From: a virus | IMG/VR virus record: IMGVR_UViG_2791355228_000001 | Coordinates: 4,034-68,033 of that record | Reading direction: 5' to 3' (one strand) | Length of the DNA stretch: 64,000 nucleotides | Part shown: positions 1-9,712 of the stretch, one piece after another | Layout of the letters: every line of letters starts with the position of its first letter | Numbering within the stretch: the stretch's first letter is position 1 | Position numbers and translations under genes: made by a program | The notes under the pieces: model-generated | What the model was told of the DNA's origin: nothing | The model's database searches: none | The model's input: the letters and a program-made list of their open reading frames with translations, nothing else

Positions 1-379
1 CACTCGTGCCCATGATGTTGTTGTAGAATCCTTTTTCTTTCAAGGTATTGTACTGCGCCAATCCGGTTTCGTCCACCAAATACATCGCCTTCTCCATCGT
101 GTACTGGATATACTTGTCGTCCGGTGCAAGGGTGAAGAAGTAGTGGTGGAACATTTCGACATGACTACGGGCTTCAACATCAAGTGTTTCTTCCATCGAG
201 GTGCGTTGCACCAATATCGGCACATTACCGTCCAGTACATAGATTTTTTGTTGTGCGTCTGCCACCATGCCCCGTGCCGTCCAGATGCTCGACATACTGA
301 TAACCACGCATCCTACGATGACCGCCACGCAGACAATCCCCACTAATTTGATTTTGTTCTCCAAGTTTTTTATGACCAT
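1..379 (-). CDS. traK: Conjugative transposon TraK (VirB8-like), 5' part, truncated by the window edge
   Basis: Manual translation MVIKNLENKIKLVGIVCV...IYVLDGNVPILV...EARSHVEMFHHYFFTLAPD matches Bacteroides TraK; lies downstream of traJ. Confidence 0.88.
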   Translation of the reverse strand, partial: MVIKNLENKIKLVGIVCVAVIVGCVVISMSSIWTARGMVADAQQKIYVLDGNVPILVQRTSMEETLDVEARSHVEMFHHYFFTLAPDDKYIQYTMEKAMYLVDETGLAQYNTLKEKGFYNNIMGTS

Positions 380-418
380 AATCCTAACCGTTATAATCGT
401 TACTCATTTGTGTATCTT

Positions 419-1549
419 TTATCTCATCAACGAGTGCATAGCCCCGGTAGCCGACATTTTCGCCTGTTGCGCCACGCCCTCACCGAAGTTTCTCGTGCTG
501 AATGCCGTGTCACCTTCCGGTATCATCCATGCCGCAAGGTCTGGTACGAGGTTCAGGCATTTCAATGCCACGATGCTTGCGGCCATCAGGTAGCCTGCCG
601 AGAAGAATGAGTTCTGCAAATATGCAGCCATCGTCTGTTCGCTGGCGGTTATCGCCGTCAGGTTCTCTACCTGGATGCACAATACGATGTCAAACAGAAG
701 CAGCACATAAAAGCCCACGAAGTATAACATCGCGCCATAGAAATGCACCGTCAGATACCTTGTCATCCATTTGGCCCAGGCACCTTCCCATTTGGGCAAC
801 AGCGAGAATGCCCACTGTATCGGTCCGAATATCGTCAGCATACCCAGCAGGATTTGCTGACAGTATATGGTCGCCCACCAACCGATTCGATACACAATCA
901 AGGCGATTACCATCACGATTTTATCCAAGCAGACGGTCGCCCCGCTTACCAAAGAGGTGAACCACAACCGGCTGGCATCTTTCTCCATTTCCGTCACTTC
1001 GTCCACACCGGTCTGTTCCATCGTCGATTCCACCAATGCCGGATCCATTGTGCCGGAACGGGCAATGTCGGCTTGTGCCTGCAGGCTGGTGTACATGGTA
1101 TCACGCACGTAAATGAGTTGCTGCACTTCCTCGAATTTGTCCGTTATCTGTAAGGCTTCCGCTTGATAGAGGTCGTGGGTGTACGAACCGATGGCATTGG
1201 GGATATAGGACAGGAAATCCAACACGCACCAACTACTTCCACTATTGGTAATGCCCGTATCTGCAGGCGGATACCACCACGACATGATGACAGCCACCGC
1301 CAACGGCTTGAACAGCTTCATTACGTCCAATGGTTCTTTCTTCACCATCATTTTGTAAGCCATACCCGCCGCCATGATGATGGCAAACAGGGCGGCCAGT
1401 GCCATGCACATTTGGAGAATCCACCAAAATGGCCCTTGGGTGCCTGTAAACGTGGCATCACAAAGGAACTCGTTGGTCTGGAATATCACATCGTCAATCT
1501 CCTCTTCCAAGAGGTGGATGCCGAAATCAGAAAGTATGTCGTCTCCCAT
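419..1549 (-). CDS. traJ: TraJ-like (VirB6-like) polytopic membrane conjugation protein
   Basis: 376 aa with several TM segments and a LTIFGPIQWAFSLLPKW motif; sits directly before traK. Confidence 0.75.
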   Translation of the reverse strand: MGDDILSDFGIHLLEEEIDDVIFQTNEFLCDATFTGTQGPFWWILQMCMALAALFAIIMAAGMAYKMMVKKEPLDVMKLFKPLAVAVIMSWWYPPADTGITNSGSSWCVLDFLSYIPNAIGSYTHDLYQAEALQITDKFEEVQQLIYVRDTMYTSLQAQADIARSGTMDPALVESTMEQTGVDEVTEMEKDASRLWFTSLVSGATVCLDKIVMVIALIVYRIGWWATIYCQQILLGMLTIFGPIQWAFSLLPKWEGAWAKWMTRYLTVHFYGAMLYFVGFYVLLLFDIVLCIQVENLTAITASEQTMAAYLQNSFFSAGYLMAASIVALKCLNLVPDLAAWMIPEGDTAFSTRNFGEGVAQQAKMSATGAMHSLMR

Positions 1550-1553
1550 GCCC

Positions 1554-2405
1554 TTATGCTGTTGCTTGATTATCCACTGGGGATTGCTCCCGTTCCATTA
1601 CCGGCAGTATGCCGTCCGCTTTCAGTTTCTCGTAGATGAACATCCTCCCTTTCTGCGTCCATTGGGTGCGCATCACCGATTTTCCGCTTTCTAATGAGAG
1701 GGTGGCACTATGCACATACCCCTTGTCCTTGTAGGCTGCATACAGAATCCATTGCTTGTTGTCCTTGTACTGGATGCCTTTCTCGTGCAGTATGGCATTC
1801 ATTTTCCGCCCAGACATCCCATAGTCCTGCGCGATTTGCGTGATGTCGAGCAAACCTTTGCATTGCAGCACGAGTTCCACGTAGCTTGTCCGCTTGCCCA
1901 ATTCCTCTATTTGCTCCTGTTGCTTGCCGATTAACTGTTTCTGCTCCTCATACTTTGCTTCCACTTCCAGGCGGTTTTTCCGCTCCTCCTTAATGGCATT
2001 GGCCAGGCCTATCAGGAAGTCCGGTTCAGTGACTACCCGTTGCAAGGCGGCATCGGTCAGATAACCCCCGTGCTTGCGGATACTCGGCAATACTTCCTCG
2101 CATACCCAGTCCTGAAACTTCTCCGCTTCGGGCAATTTGCTGCGCATCACCAAACGGTAAACATCCGCTTCCGAAATGTACTTGGTGGGTTGCATGACAA
2201 TCGTACCAAGCTGATTCTCATAGGGGGTGTCCAAAACGGACACCCCCTTGCAATGGGTGCGTACCGCTTTGGCTGTTTCCACATAACCTAATGCTTTTGC
2301 CACATCATTGGCTCTGAACAGCACTTTCCCATTCTCTGTTTCTACGGTGTTGATGCTCCCGAACTGCGGGTGGTTGAACACCTGAATCGCGTTATCCTTG
2401 CTCAT
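1554..2405 (-). CDS. Phage-type antirepressor (BRO-N + KilAC/ANT domains)
   Basis: N-terminal FRANDVAKALGY...ISEADVYRLVMRSKLPEAEKFQDWV...VLPSIRKHGGY; C-terminal ITQIAQDYGMSGRKMN...TQWTQKGRMFIY. Confidence 0.9.
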   Translation of the reverse strand: MSKDNAIQVFNHPQFGSINTVETENGKVLFRANDVAKALGYVETAKAVRTHCKGVSVLDTPYENQLGTIVMQPTKYISEADVYRLVMRSKLPEAEKFQDWVCEEVLPSIRKHGGYLTDAALQRVVTEPDFLIGLANAIKEERKNRLEVEAKYEEQKQLIGKQQEQIEELGKRTSYVELVLQCKGLLDITQIAQDYGMSGRKMNAILHEKGIQYKDNKQWILYAAYKDKGYVHSATLSLESGKSVMRTQWTQKGRMFIYEKLKADGILPVMEREQSPVDNQATA

Positions 2406-2460
2406 TGTCTTATATATATAATATATTGGTTATTGAATCTTTCATATCCCTACCATCAGT

Positions 2461-3189
2461 TTAATTCCCCATTATCCGCCACCCGGCTTCCCGCCAACGG
2501 TTCATGGCAGACATGGCAATCTGCGCCCGACGGTCTTCAATAGTAGCCGAAGCATCCAACAGTTCCGCCACTTTGACCGAGTTGGCCAGCCGCACCAAGT
2601 AACGCACTAAGGTTTCATTCTTGCGGATAATGTCCGCATGGATGCGGAGGTACTGTTTCTTGCGCTCCGAATTGGGCATATAGGCTTCCTGCACTGCCTT
2701 GACCGCGCATTGGTACATCCGGTAGCAATCCTCCCAAAGTTCCTGCTCACGGCTGCTGCCCCCGGCTTCCGTAATCCGCCGTATGTTCCGCTCGAAGTTC
2801 TCCAAGGCGGCATTGACCTTTTCGCCCTCGGCCAGCCAGGCCACGTCTAACGCACCGCCGCTTCGGTCGGTCACGTTCAAGGCCTCAATCCGGGCACGTT
2901 GGGTCATGGCAGAATCCAATGCCTCTGCATCGTCCACTTGGTTGTAAAGGTTGATACCCGCCGCCGTGCGAAAGCCCAATTTGTTCTTTGCCGCCGCGCT
3001 CTTTTGGTAGGAATTGTGCAGTAGTTGGTAATAAAATGCCGGTGTCAATCCTCCCGACCCGATTTCGGCCACGGTAATCTGGTTCATCTTGGCATCGTCG
3101 TGGCTATAAGTCACGCTTTGGGCAAGTGCCTCAGGTGCAAGGCTAAATATCGCCGCACTCATACCTATTATATATACCGCTCGTTTCAT
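2461..3189 (-). CDS. Secreted conjugation-associated protein (DUF5045-like)
   Basis: Signal peptide, HDDAKMNQITVAEIGSGGLTP motif, tra operon context. Confidence 0.6.
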   Translation of the reverse strand: MKRAVYIIGMSAAIFSLAPEALAQSVTYSHDDAKMNQITVAEIGSGGLTPAFYYQLLHNSYQKSAAAKNKLGFRTAAGINLYNQVDDAEALDSAMTQRARIEALNVTDRSGGALDVAWLAEGEKVNAALENFERNIRRITEAGGSSREQELWEDCYRMYQCAVKAVQEAYMPNSERKKQYLRIHADIIRKNETLVRYLVRLANSVKVAELLDASATIEDRRAQIAMSAMNRWREAGWRIMGN

Positions 3190-3262
3190 CTCAATTCTTT
3201 CGTTCTTCTATGTTCCTTGTATCTTGTTTCCCTCATTCTGTCTCCGTTTAATCTGTTCCTTG

Positions 3263-4009
3263 TCATCGATTATACGGGTTCAATCCTGAATCCCGCCACC
3301 TTCGGAAAGCTTCGTTCGCTATTTGTGACTTGTCCTTGGTTATGTAGATGCTTTCCTTCCAGTAGCCCATGCGTAGCTGGATGTACCGCCAAGTTTCAAA
3401 ATAGGCTTTGTTCAAGTGCCGCTCGATGTTGTCCAGTCCTTGGTTGATGCTTTCCAGTACCAACAGCAAGTCCGAGGTGGAACAGGCCGCTGCCCCGGTG
3501 GCATACAGCACAAGGTCGCTCATCGAACGGTAGAGTTGCTTACCGTCTTCTGCAATCCTCTGCACACACCGCAAGCTGATGCCGATAATCAGTGTATCCA
3601 TCAGTTCCATCCTGTTCCGTTCCACCACTTTCGTATAGTAATCGTCCAGCAAATCTTTGTAGTCGCCGACTCGGTCGCTCACGCTGTTGTAGGTGGAATA
3701 CACGTTCAACGAGGTGCGCAGCGACTGGTAGAGGATGTCAATGACATCAAAAGCCCTTGTGTACTTGTCCAAATCCACGTTCAGTTCCTTGAAGTCCACC
3801 GCCGCTTCGCTGCTGTATTCGTGCAGGAGTTGGTTGCTCAGTTCCAGTGTCGAACGGGCCAGCAACAGGCTTCGCTGCTGCTTGTGGTCGTTGATGTAGG
3901 CTTCCACCGAAACGATGTCGAAGTTCCATTGCGCCGACACTTTCAGTGGAAACGCCACGACCATGATTACAATAGCCACGTAGCGAATATGTCTCTCGGT
4001 CTTGTTCAT
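3263..4009 (-). CDS. Secreted helical conjugation-associated protein
   Basis: 248 aa, signal peptide ending VSAQ, overlaps the upstream gene by 4 bp. Confidence 0.6.
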   Translation of the reverse strand: MNKTERHIRYVAIVIMVVAFPLKVSAQWNFDIVSVEAYINDHKQQRSLLLARSTLELSNQLLHEYSSEAAVDFKELNVDLDKYTRAFDVIDILYQSLRTSLNVYSTYNSVSDRVGDYKDLLDDYYTKVVERNRMELMDTLIIGISLRCVQRIAEDGKQLYRSMSDLVLYATGAAACSTSDLLLVLESINQGLDNIERHLNKAYFETWRYIQLRMGYWKESIYITKDKSQIANEAFRRWRDSGLNPYNR

Positions 4010-6576
4010 TCCCTTTCCTCCCTTCTTTCATCATCCGTTTCCTCATATTTCCCGTTGTAATCCACCGAGTGCAGGCTGTTCGCCGCACCCCGCAACCACC
4101 TGCGGCGGCATTCCTCCACCAGAGTAAGCCTGCGTCCACGTTCGTCGTTGACAAAGGGCGCAATGTCCTTTAGCACATCAATAATGCTGAGCTTGTAGTT
4201 CATCATCTTCTCCAAGGCAACGAGGTCGGCGAAGATGTTTGTCAGTCGGGCTTCCACCTGACGGGCGATTTCCAGCCGGTCGGATGCCCACAGCAAGTGG
4301 TAAGTGTCCGTAGTCGTGTCTTCCTCCACCGGTTCCGACTTCACATATTCCGTGATGATTTCACACGAAGGGTATTGCCGGGCAATCTCCGACAGACGGT
4401 CATTGACCAACGTTGCCTTTTCAGGCTCGCTCATGGCCGGATCAAGCTCGATGATGTCCACCACTTCCGTATCCGAATACTCCGCCGTCAGTTCCCAGCT
4501 TATCTGAATGATGGCACGGTGTATCTTGATGCCGAGGAAATACTTGGGCTTGCGGGCGATGGACAGGGTGGCTTTGAAGGTGATGGTGCCGTTGATGTTC
4601 GGTGCAGTGGCTTCCCGCAGGTAGCTGTAGCCGTTCCACCAGCCGTCACCCTGCCACGTCAGGCTATAGGCGTTTCTGCATTCCTGCATAAGGGCGGGGA
4701 GGCGATAATAGTCATCGGTGGGCACGGCATTGTCTGCCGCCGCTTCCTCCTTGGCCTGCGCCAGCTCGTCCTGCTTCTTCCGGACGGTGGCAAGGTCGGA
4801 TTCCAACCGGTTAATTTCATCCTTATTGCGGTTGTATTGCTGCCGCAAGGATGCCGCTTCTTCCACCGTGGAAGATACGATTTGCTTCACCAACTCGGCG
4901 TTCTCGACTTCCAAGGCATCTATCTGTGACTGCAAGACCACCGCTTCAGCGTTGTATTCGTTTTCCAGTTCGTCCAGACCGGACAAGTCCAGTTCGTCAT
5001 CGCCGGACACGGTAGTCTGCATGGCGCATTCCTTGGAATGGTTGTTCAGGCTGCCGCCGCAGGTGCGGCACTTGTATTGGGCGCTTCCGCTGCCTAATGT
5101 CACCCCGTCATGGCAGGTCACACTGACAATCACACTCTCGCAACCTTGCAGCTTGGCTTCGTCCGTGGCCTGGTAATAGTGCTTGGTATCGCTGCCGATG
5201 ACATAGGTGTATCCTTCCTCATTGTCGTTGAACTCCGACAATCGGGCGTTAAGCCCGGCCTTGAAAGTATTCAAGTCCATCTTGTAGGAATCGAATACTT
5301 CTTCATATACTACCTCCTCTTGGTTCCAGCTTCTTGTCACCCGTATGCTATAGGCGTATGCTTTTTGTATTTGCTTGCCGCCTTTGGAAATGTTGTAATT
5401 GGAACGGTAATAACTGATGCTGTAGGAATAGCCGTCGTTTGACTGGTTCATCTGTTCCACCTGCGCCCTTGACCATCCGGCATACCGTTCCGAGTTGCTC
5501 AGTATCTGCTCGGTCTGCGAACTGTTGGGATAGAAATTGGAGTTCGTGGTGTTGAAGCGCGTCCATTCTCCTCCATAGAGGATGCTGTTATCGTCCGTGG
5601 GTGGGGTGTAGTCACACAGGGTTTCCGTGCCGGCATCCCTGCGGTAAATGTACCACCGTTGGGTGTAGTATTGCCCAGCCGTCTCTTTCAGGTAGTCGCT
5701 TATCCACGAAGTGAGGTTGTAGTTGTCTATTTGGAAGAGGTTGGCAACGCCTTCCGGCCCGCCGACCATCGAGAGCAACGTATTGCCCATGGAATGTTCC
5801 AGTTGCCCGTACAGGTCGTAAGCATTCCCGGCCACTCGCGCAATGTCGCTTACCTTTCCGTTCAGCAAGTCGTCGAAACTGCTTTCACCCAAAATGGCAT
5901 CCGTGAAATTATCCGCCCCGGTATTGGCCAGTCCCACACCTATATTATATAGGTTATCAATGTCCGCTTTCAGGTTTTCCTTGGTGAAGTTATGCTGTAT
6001 GTTGCCCAAATCGTCAAAGAAGGCTTCCCAGTCAATGCCGCCGCTTTCCGACAGTTTGAACAACGGGGCAAACTGCGGGGCAATCTCCAGGAACACCACG
6101 TCCCGGAACGACAACGTGCCGTTGGTCACTACCGATTCAAATTGCATACAGAGGGCCTTTACCTCGGCGCAGACTTTCATCAGGTAACTGCCCCAATACA
6201 GGGCAGTCTGCGGGGAATGGAGCATCTGACCTGCCACTGTCCATATCTTCGGCATTATCTTCGCACTTACGAGGTGGTAAATGCGGCGATAATAGTAGTT
6301 TTCCGTGCCGTCGCTCCAGATGCCCAGGTCGGTAAGAGCCTTGCGGTCGAGGAACTTCGACAGGAATATGCCCGCCGCCGCCACTTCCGCCGCGCTGTAT
6401 TTATCGAGTATGTCCTTTACTTGCTCGGTATAATAAGCTTCGGTAGCCGTTTCGGTGGCGTAAGCCGCCGCCATTGCCGCCACGGTCTTCTTGTCGTAGT
6501 TGACACGCACATACTGTGCTTCCGCCGAAAGGACGGAAACACACACGCACAGCAACAGGACAAGGATTTTTTTCAT
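4006..6576 (-). CDS. Large secreted protein with coiled coil and CxxC..H..C motif
   Basis: 856 aa ORF with signal peptide, CRTCGGSLNNHSKEC and a heptad-rich region; within the tra operon. Confidence 0.7.
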   Translation of the reverse strand: MKKILVLLLCVCVSVLSAEAQYVRVNYDKKTVAAMAAAYATETATEAYYTEQVKDILDKYSAAEVAAAGIFLSKFLDRKALTDLGIWSDGTENYYYRRIYHLVSAKIMPKIWTVAGQMLHSPQTALYWGSYLMKVCAEVKALCMQFESVVTNGTLSFRDVVFLEIAPQFAPLFKLSESGGIDWEAFFDDLGNIQHNFTKENLKADIDNLYNIGVGLANTGADNFTDAILGESSFDDLLNGKVSDIARVAGNAYDLYGQLEHSMGNTLLSMVGGPEGVANLFQIDNYNLTSWISDYLKETAGQYYTQRWYIYRRDAGTETLCDYTPPTDDNSILYGGEWTRFNTTNSNFYPNSSQTEQILSNSERYAGWSRAQVEQMNQSNDGYSYSISYYRSNYNISKGGKQIQKAYAYSIRVTRSWNQEEVVYEEVFDSYKMDLNTFKAGLNARLSEFNDNEEGYTYVIGSDTKHYYQATDEAKLQGCESVIVSVTCHDGVTLGSGSAQYKCRTCGGSLNNHSKECAMQTTVSGDDELDLSGLDELENEYNAEAVVLQSQIDALEVENAELVKQIVSSTVEEAASLRQQYNRNKDEINRLESDLATVRKKQDELAQAKEEAAADNAVPTDDYYRLPALMQECRNAYSLTWQGDGWWNGYSYLREATAPNINGTITFKATLSIARKPKYFLGIKIHRAIIQISWELTAEYSDTEVVDIIELDPAMSEPEKATLVNDRLSEIARQYPSCEIITEYVKSEPVEEDTTTDTYHLLWASDRLEIARQVEARLTNIFADLVALEKMMNYKLSIIDVLKDIAPFVNDERGRRLTLVEECRRRWLRGAANSLHSVDYNGKYEETDDERREERE

Positions 6577-6579
6577 GGG

Positions 6580-6942
6580 TTACGGCTTGGCATTTTGCGC
6601 ATTCATGATGTTGCCTGCGGAATGGGCGGGATTTTCACTCTTCCCGGACTTCACCTCACGGTCAAAGCAGAGTGAATACTGCCCGGAACACCATTGTTGG
6701 TCTGGGGCTTTGTAGGTGATGTAGCCACGTTCCTGCAATTCCTCACTGGCGGCCAACACGCCTTTCACGCTGAATCCCCTTACTTTGCACAGTAGGCTGG
6801 CAGGATGCACATAGAACACGTCAGGCTTTTTCTCGTTCTCCCACACATAAATGAGGTAGAAGAACAACACGGTGGCCTCTTTTGAGAAATTACTGATTTC
6901 GTTGGCCTTCCAAAAGTCGTGAATAAATTTTTCTGCTTCCAT
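6580..6942 (-). CDS. Hypothetical protein, possibly winged-helix
   Basis: 120 aa ORF in the operon; ELQERGYITY resembles a wHTH wing. Confidence 0.5.
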   Translation of the reverse strand: MEAEKFIHDFWKANEISNFSKEATVLFFYLIYVWENEKKPDVFYVHPASLLCKVRGFSVKGVLAASEELQERGYITYKAPDQQWCSGQYSLCFDREVKSGKSENPAHSAGNIMNAQNAKP

Positions 6943-6975
6943 AACGTCGATTGTTTATTGTTGATTATTAGGTGA

Positions 6976-9696
6976 TTACTGAATAGTCATCCGACGATTC
7001 CGTTCCAGCTGCAGCACTCGACCTGTCTTGTTCACCTCTTGGGCGAACGCCAAGGACTTGTCGATGCCTGAAAGTTGCCAATCCCTGCAATAGGCTTCGA
7101 TGGCTTCCTGGTGGCTGCATCCCAATTCCCGCTTGTAAAGTTTGAGAGCTTCCTTTTCAGCCCGCTCGGTAGTATAGGTCATGTAGCATTCCCTCGGTTC
7201 TTCCACGCCGTACACTTCACTGGCCGTGCCACGACGAATAAACACCTCCCGGAAAAACGAGCGGCCCTCCTTATTTTCCAAGCGGTTGATGGTGAATATC
7301 TTCTTGCACTCCACATCGGTCAGGCCGAGTATCGCCTTAATGCCGTCGAACCGCTCACGGAATTTGCTTTGGTCGAGCAACATCACCACATCAGAGTTGT
7401 TGATGATGGCCTCTTTCACGATCTCACTGCCTATGATGTCCTGTATCTCTTGCGTCACTACGCCCACGCTTGCCCAGAACTTTCGGGCGGTCTTGTACAT
7501 GAACTTGATATACTCTGCCATCAGCGGCGAGGCGATGGCCTTCCATGCTTCTTCAATCACCAGGACTTTGCGGCTCTTTTTCAGGCGCATCTTTTGCAGA
7601 AATACGTCCATGATAATCAGCGTCACGATGGGGAAAAGCAACGGGTCATCTTTTATCGCATCGATTTCGAAAACGATGAAAGTTTCATCGAACAGGGTGC
7701 CGTCCATTTCCTCGTTCAGCGTCTTGTCGTGGTTGCCACCCCGGTAAAAGTCCTTCATCATGTAGCGGTAGGTGGAGAGGTCGATGCCCGCAAGGTTATT
7801 CTCGTGGCAGATGTCGGGAATGCGCTGCACGGAGTATTCGTAGAACGTGTTGAACGAGAGGCTCTCCACTTTCAGTTCTTTTCGGCGGAGTTCTATCTCG
7901 TCAATCTCCCTTTCGATACGGGCCATCCGTTCCTCTTCTGTTTCCTTGCCGTCACGGGTGTTGGTGCGGTCGTCCACCAGCAGGCTCTTGCGCAAGTCTT
8001 CCCGTTGGGGCGGGGTAAAGCCGTCAAAACCGTTGAAATAAACGTCATAGTATTCGGTAATTACTTGGTCGATGAGCCTGTCCTCGGTCTTACTGACCGT
8101 GCCCTGGGAGCCTTTCCATATCAGCAACACGAGATTTTTCAGGAAGCCTGTCTTCTCCACATTCAGTTCTTGGCGGTTGATGCGGAAAGGGTTCATGGTA
8201 ATCGGCTTCTCCTCCGTATAACTGATGTACTTGCCGTTCAAGTACTCGCACAAGCCCTCGTAGGAGTTACCCGTATCTACCATCACCACGTCTGTATTTT
8301 GTTCGTGCAGCTGGCGCACCACGCTGTTCATGTGGAACGACTTGCCGCTTCCACTTGGTCCCAAACAAAAGAAGTTAGAGTTGTCAGTCAGCTTGTTACG
8401 TCCTTCCTTACCAGTGATGTCAATGGCAACAGGCACACCTTGGCGGTCGGTATAGTATATCTTCAGCGGGGTGTTCTCGCTGTGCTGGATGCGTTCCTTG
8501 TACATCAGGCAGGCGGCTGCATCGCCGAGAGTGAGGAAGCGGTCGTAGTCCACGCTCATGCCGTAGCAGTTGCCAGGAAAGGAGTTGACGAACAGTTCCA
8601 GTTGGTTGTATGCCCGTTTGCTGATATGGATGCCGAGCCTCCCGAAGCTGTTCTCCAAGTAGTTGGTAGGCTTTTGCAGGTCGATCCCCTTGTCGCAGCA
8701 CACCATGAGGTTATAATGCATATAGACCAGTTGCTTGCTTTCCCTCGCTACGGTGTCTTGCACCCGCTTGATATCCTCCACGGCCATCAGGTTCGATGGA
8801 TTGGGGATGCTGGCATGGCGGTTCTTCTTCTTTTCCAGTGCGGCAAGCTCTTTCTTCTGGCCTGGCATGAAAATCATCTGGTTGTAAACCACTGTCCGTG
8901 CGTCGGGTATGCTGTCTATCATAGACACCAAGTCCACGGGCATCTCGGTGTTGTTTACCTCGATGTTGGTGAACGGGCGTACCAGCGAGGGTAATCCTGT
9001 GCTGTCCACATCGACTATGGAAAACACCTTGCATTTTCTGCTGCCCATCTCCACACATTCCTCGCCCGCTTTGAAGCTGTCCATTGCCACGGGCTTGTCT
9101 GAGAAGTCCATCGTGAAGTAATGGTCAACGTAAGCACTCGCTTCTGCCTTGCCCAAGAACGAGGTATTGATACCCGCATCGCGCAACTGGTCTTTCACCT
9201 TGCGTATCTTTACCAAAAAGTCCTTCCACCGCTTGTCATCATAGGAGAACAGGTTGCCCTTGCGGTTCTCCTGCGTCACGGTCAGGTAGGTGCGGCTGTT
9301 GGTGTACTGCCTTCCCTTGAAATAGCGGAAATAGGATTCGCTCAGGAACTCGTGCCTGCCGTTGCCTGTTTCCTCGAAGCCCTGCCTGGTGAAGATGTCC
9401 TGTTTGTGCAGGGCATAGCCCTCGCCAAGTGTCTGTGCCAATGCGGTGAACAACCGGGTGTACTCATAATAGCTGTCGATGTCGGCGGAGAACTTCTGCA
9501 CAGGATTCTCGATGCGCAGGATGGCGGAATATTCTCCGGTCTTGGTGTAGAGGATACCGATGCCCTCCACGTCCTCAATGGAGAAATAAATTTCTCGGAA
9601 CATGCGTTTGCGCTTGCCTCCCGTGCCGAATGCTTTGACAGAGATGGCCATGCCTGCCAAAAGAGCCGTGAATGTCAGTAGTACATAGAGTGTCAT
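6976..9696 (-). CDS. traG: TraG conjugation ATPase (VirB4-like)
   Basis: Walker A GPSGSGKS, Walker B LVIEEAW, and NSNFFCLG and VDTGNSY motifs. Start placed at MTLYVLL (9696). Confidence 0.95.
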   Translation of the reverse strand: MTLYVLLTFTALLAGMAISVKAFGTGGKRKRMFREIYFSIEDVEGIGILYTKTGEYSAILRIENPVQKFSADIDSYYEYTRLFTALAQTLGEGYALHKQDIFTRQGFEETGNGRHEFLSESYFRYFKGRQYTNSRTYLTVTQENRKGNLFSYDDKRWKDFLVKIRKVKDQLRDAGINTSFLGKAEASAYVDHYFTMDFSDKPVAMDSFKAGEECVEMGSRKCKVFSIVDVDSTGLPSLVRPFTNIEVNNTEMPVDLVSMIDSIPDARTVVYNQMIFMPGQKKELAALEKKKNRHASIPNPSNLMAVEDIKRVQDTVARESKQLVYMHYNLMVCCDKGIDLQKPTNYLENSFGRLGIHISKRAYNQLELFVNSFPGNCYGMSVDYDRFLTLGDAAACLMYKERIQHSENTPLKIYYTDRQGVPVAIDITGKEGRNKLTDNSNFFCLGPSGSGKSFHMNSVVRQLHEQNTDVVMVDTGNSYEGLCEYLNGKYISYTEEKPITMNPFRINRQELNVEKTGFLKNLVLLIWKGSQGTVSKTEDRLIDQVITEYYDVYFNGFDGFTPPQREDLRKSLLVDDRTNTRDGKETEEERMARIEREIDEIELRRKELKVESLSFNTFYEYSVQRIPDICHENNLAGIDLSTYRYMMKDFYRGGNHDKTLNEEMDGTLFDETFIVFEIDAIKDDPLLFPIVTLIIMDVFLQKMRLKKSRKVLVIEEAWKAIASPLMAEYIKFMYKTARKFWASVGVVTQEIQDIIGSEIVKEAIINNSDVVMLLDQSKFRERFDGIKAILGLTDVECKKIFTINRLENKEGRSFFREVFIRRGTASEVYGVEEPRECYMTYTTERAEKEALKLYKRELGCSHQEAIEAYCRDWQLSGIDKSLAFAQEVNKTGRVLQLERNRRMTIQ

Positions 9697-9712
9697 GGAT
9701 TCATCTGCATTT

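Noticed and set aside
7075..8994. 639 aa plus-strand ORF
   Set aside because: Antisense shadow of traG with no recognisable motifs; the same applies to most overlapping opposite-strand ORFs in the track.
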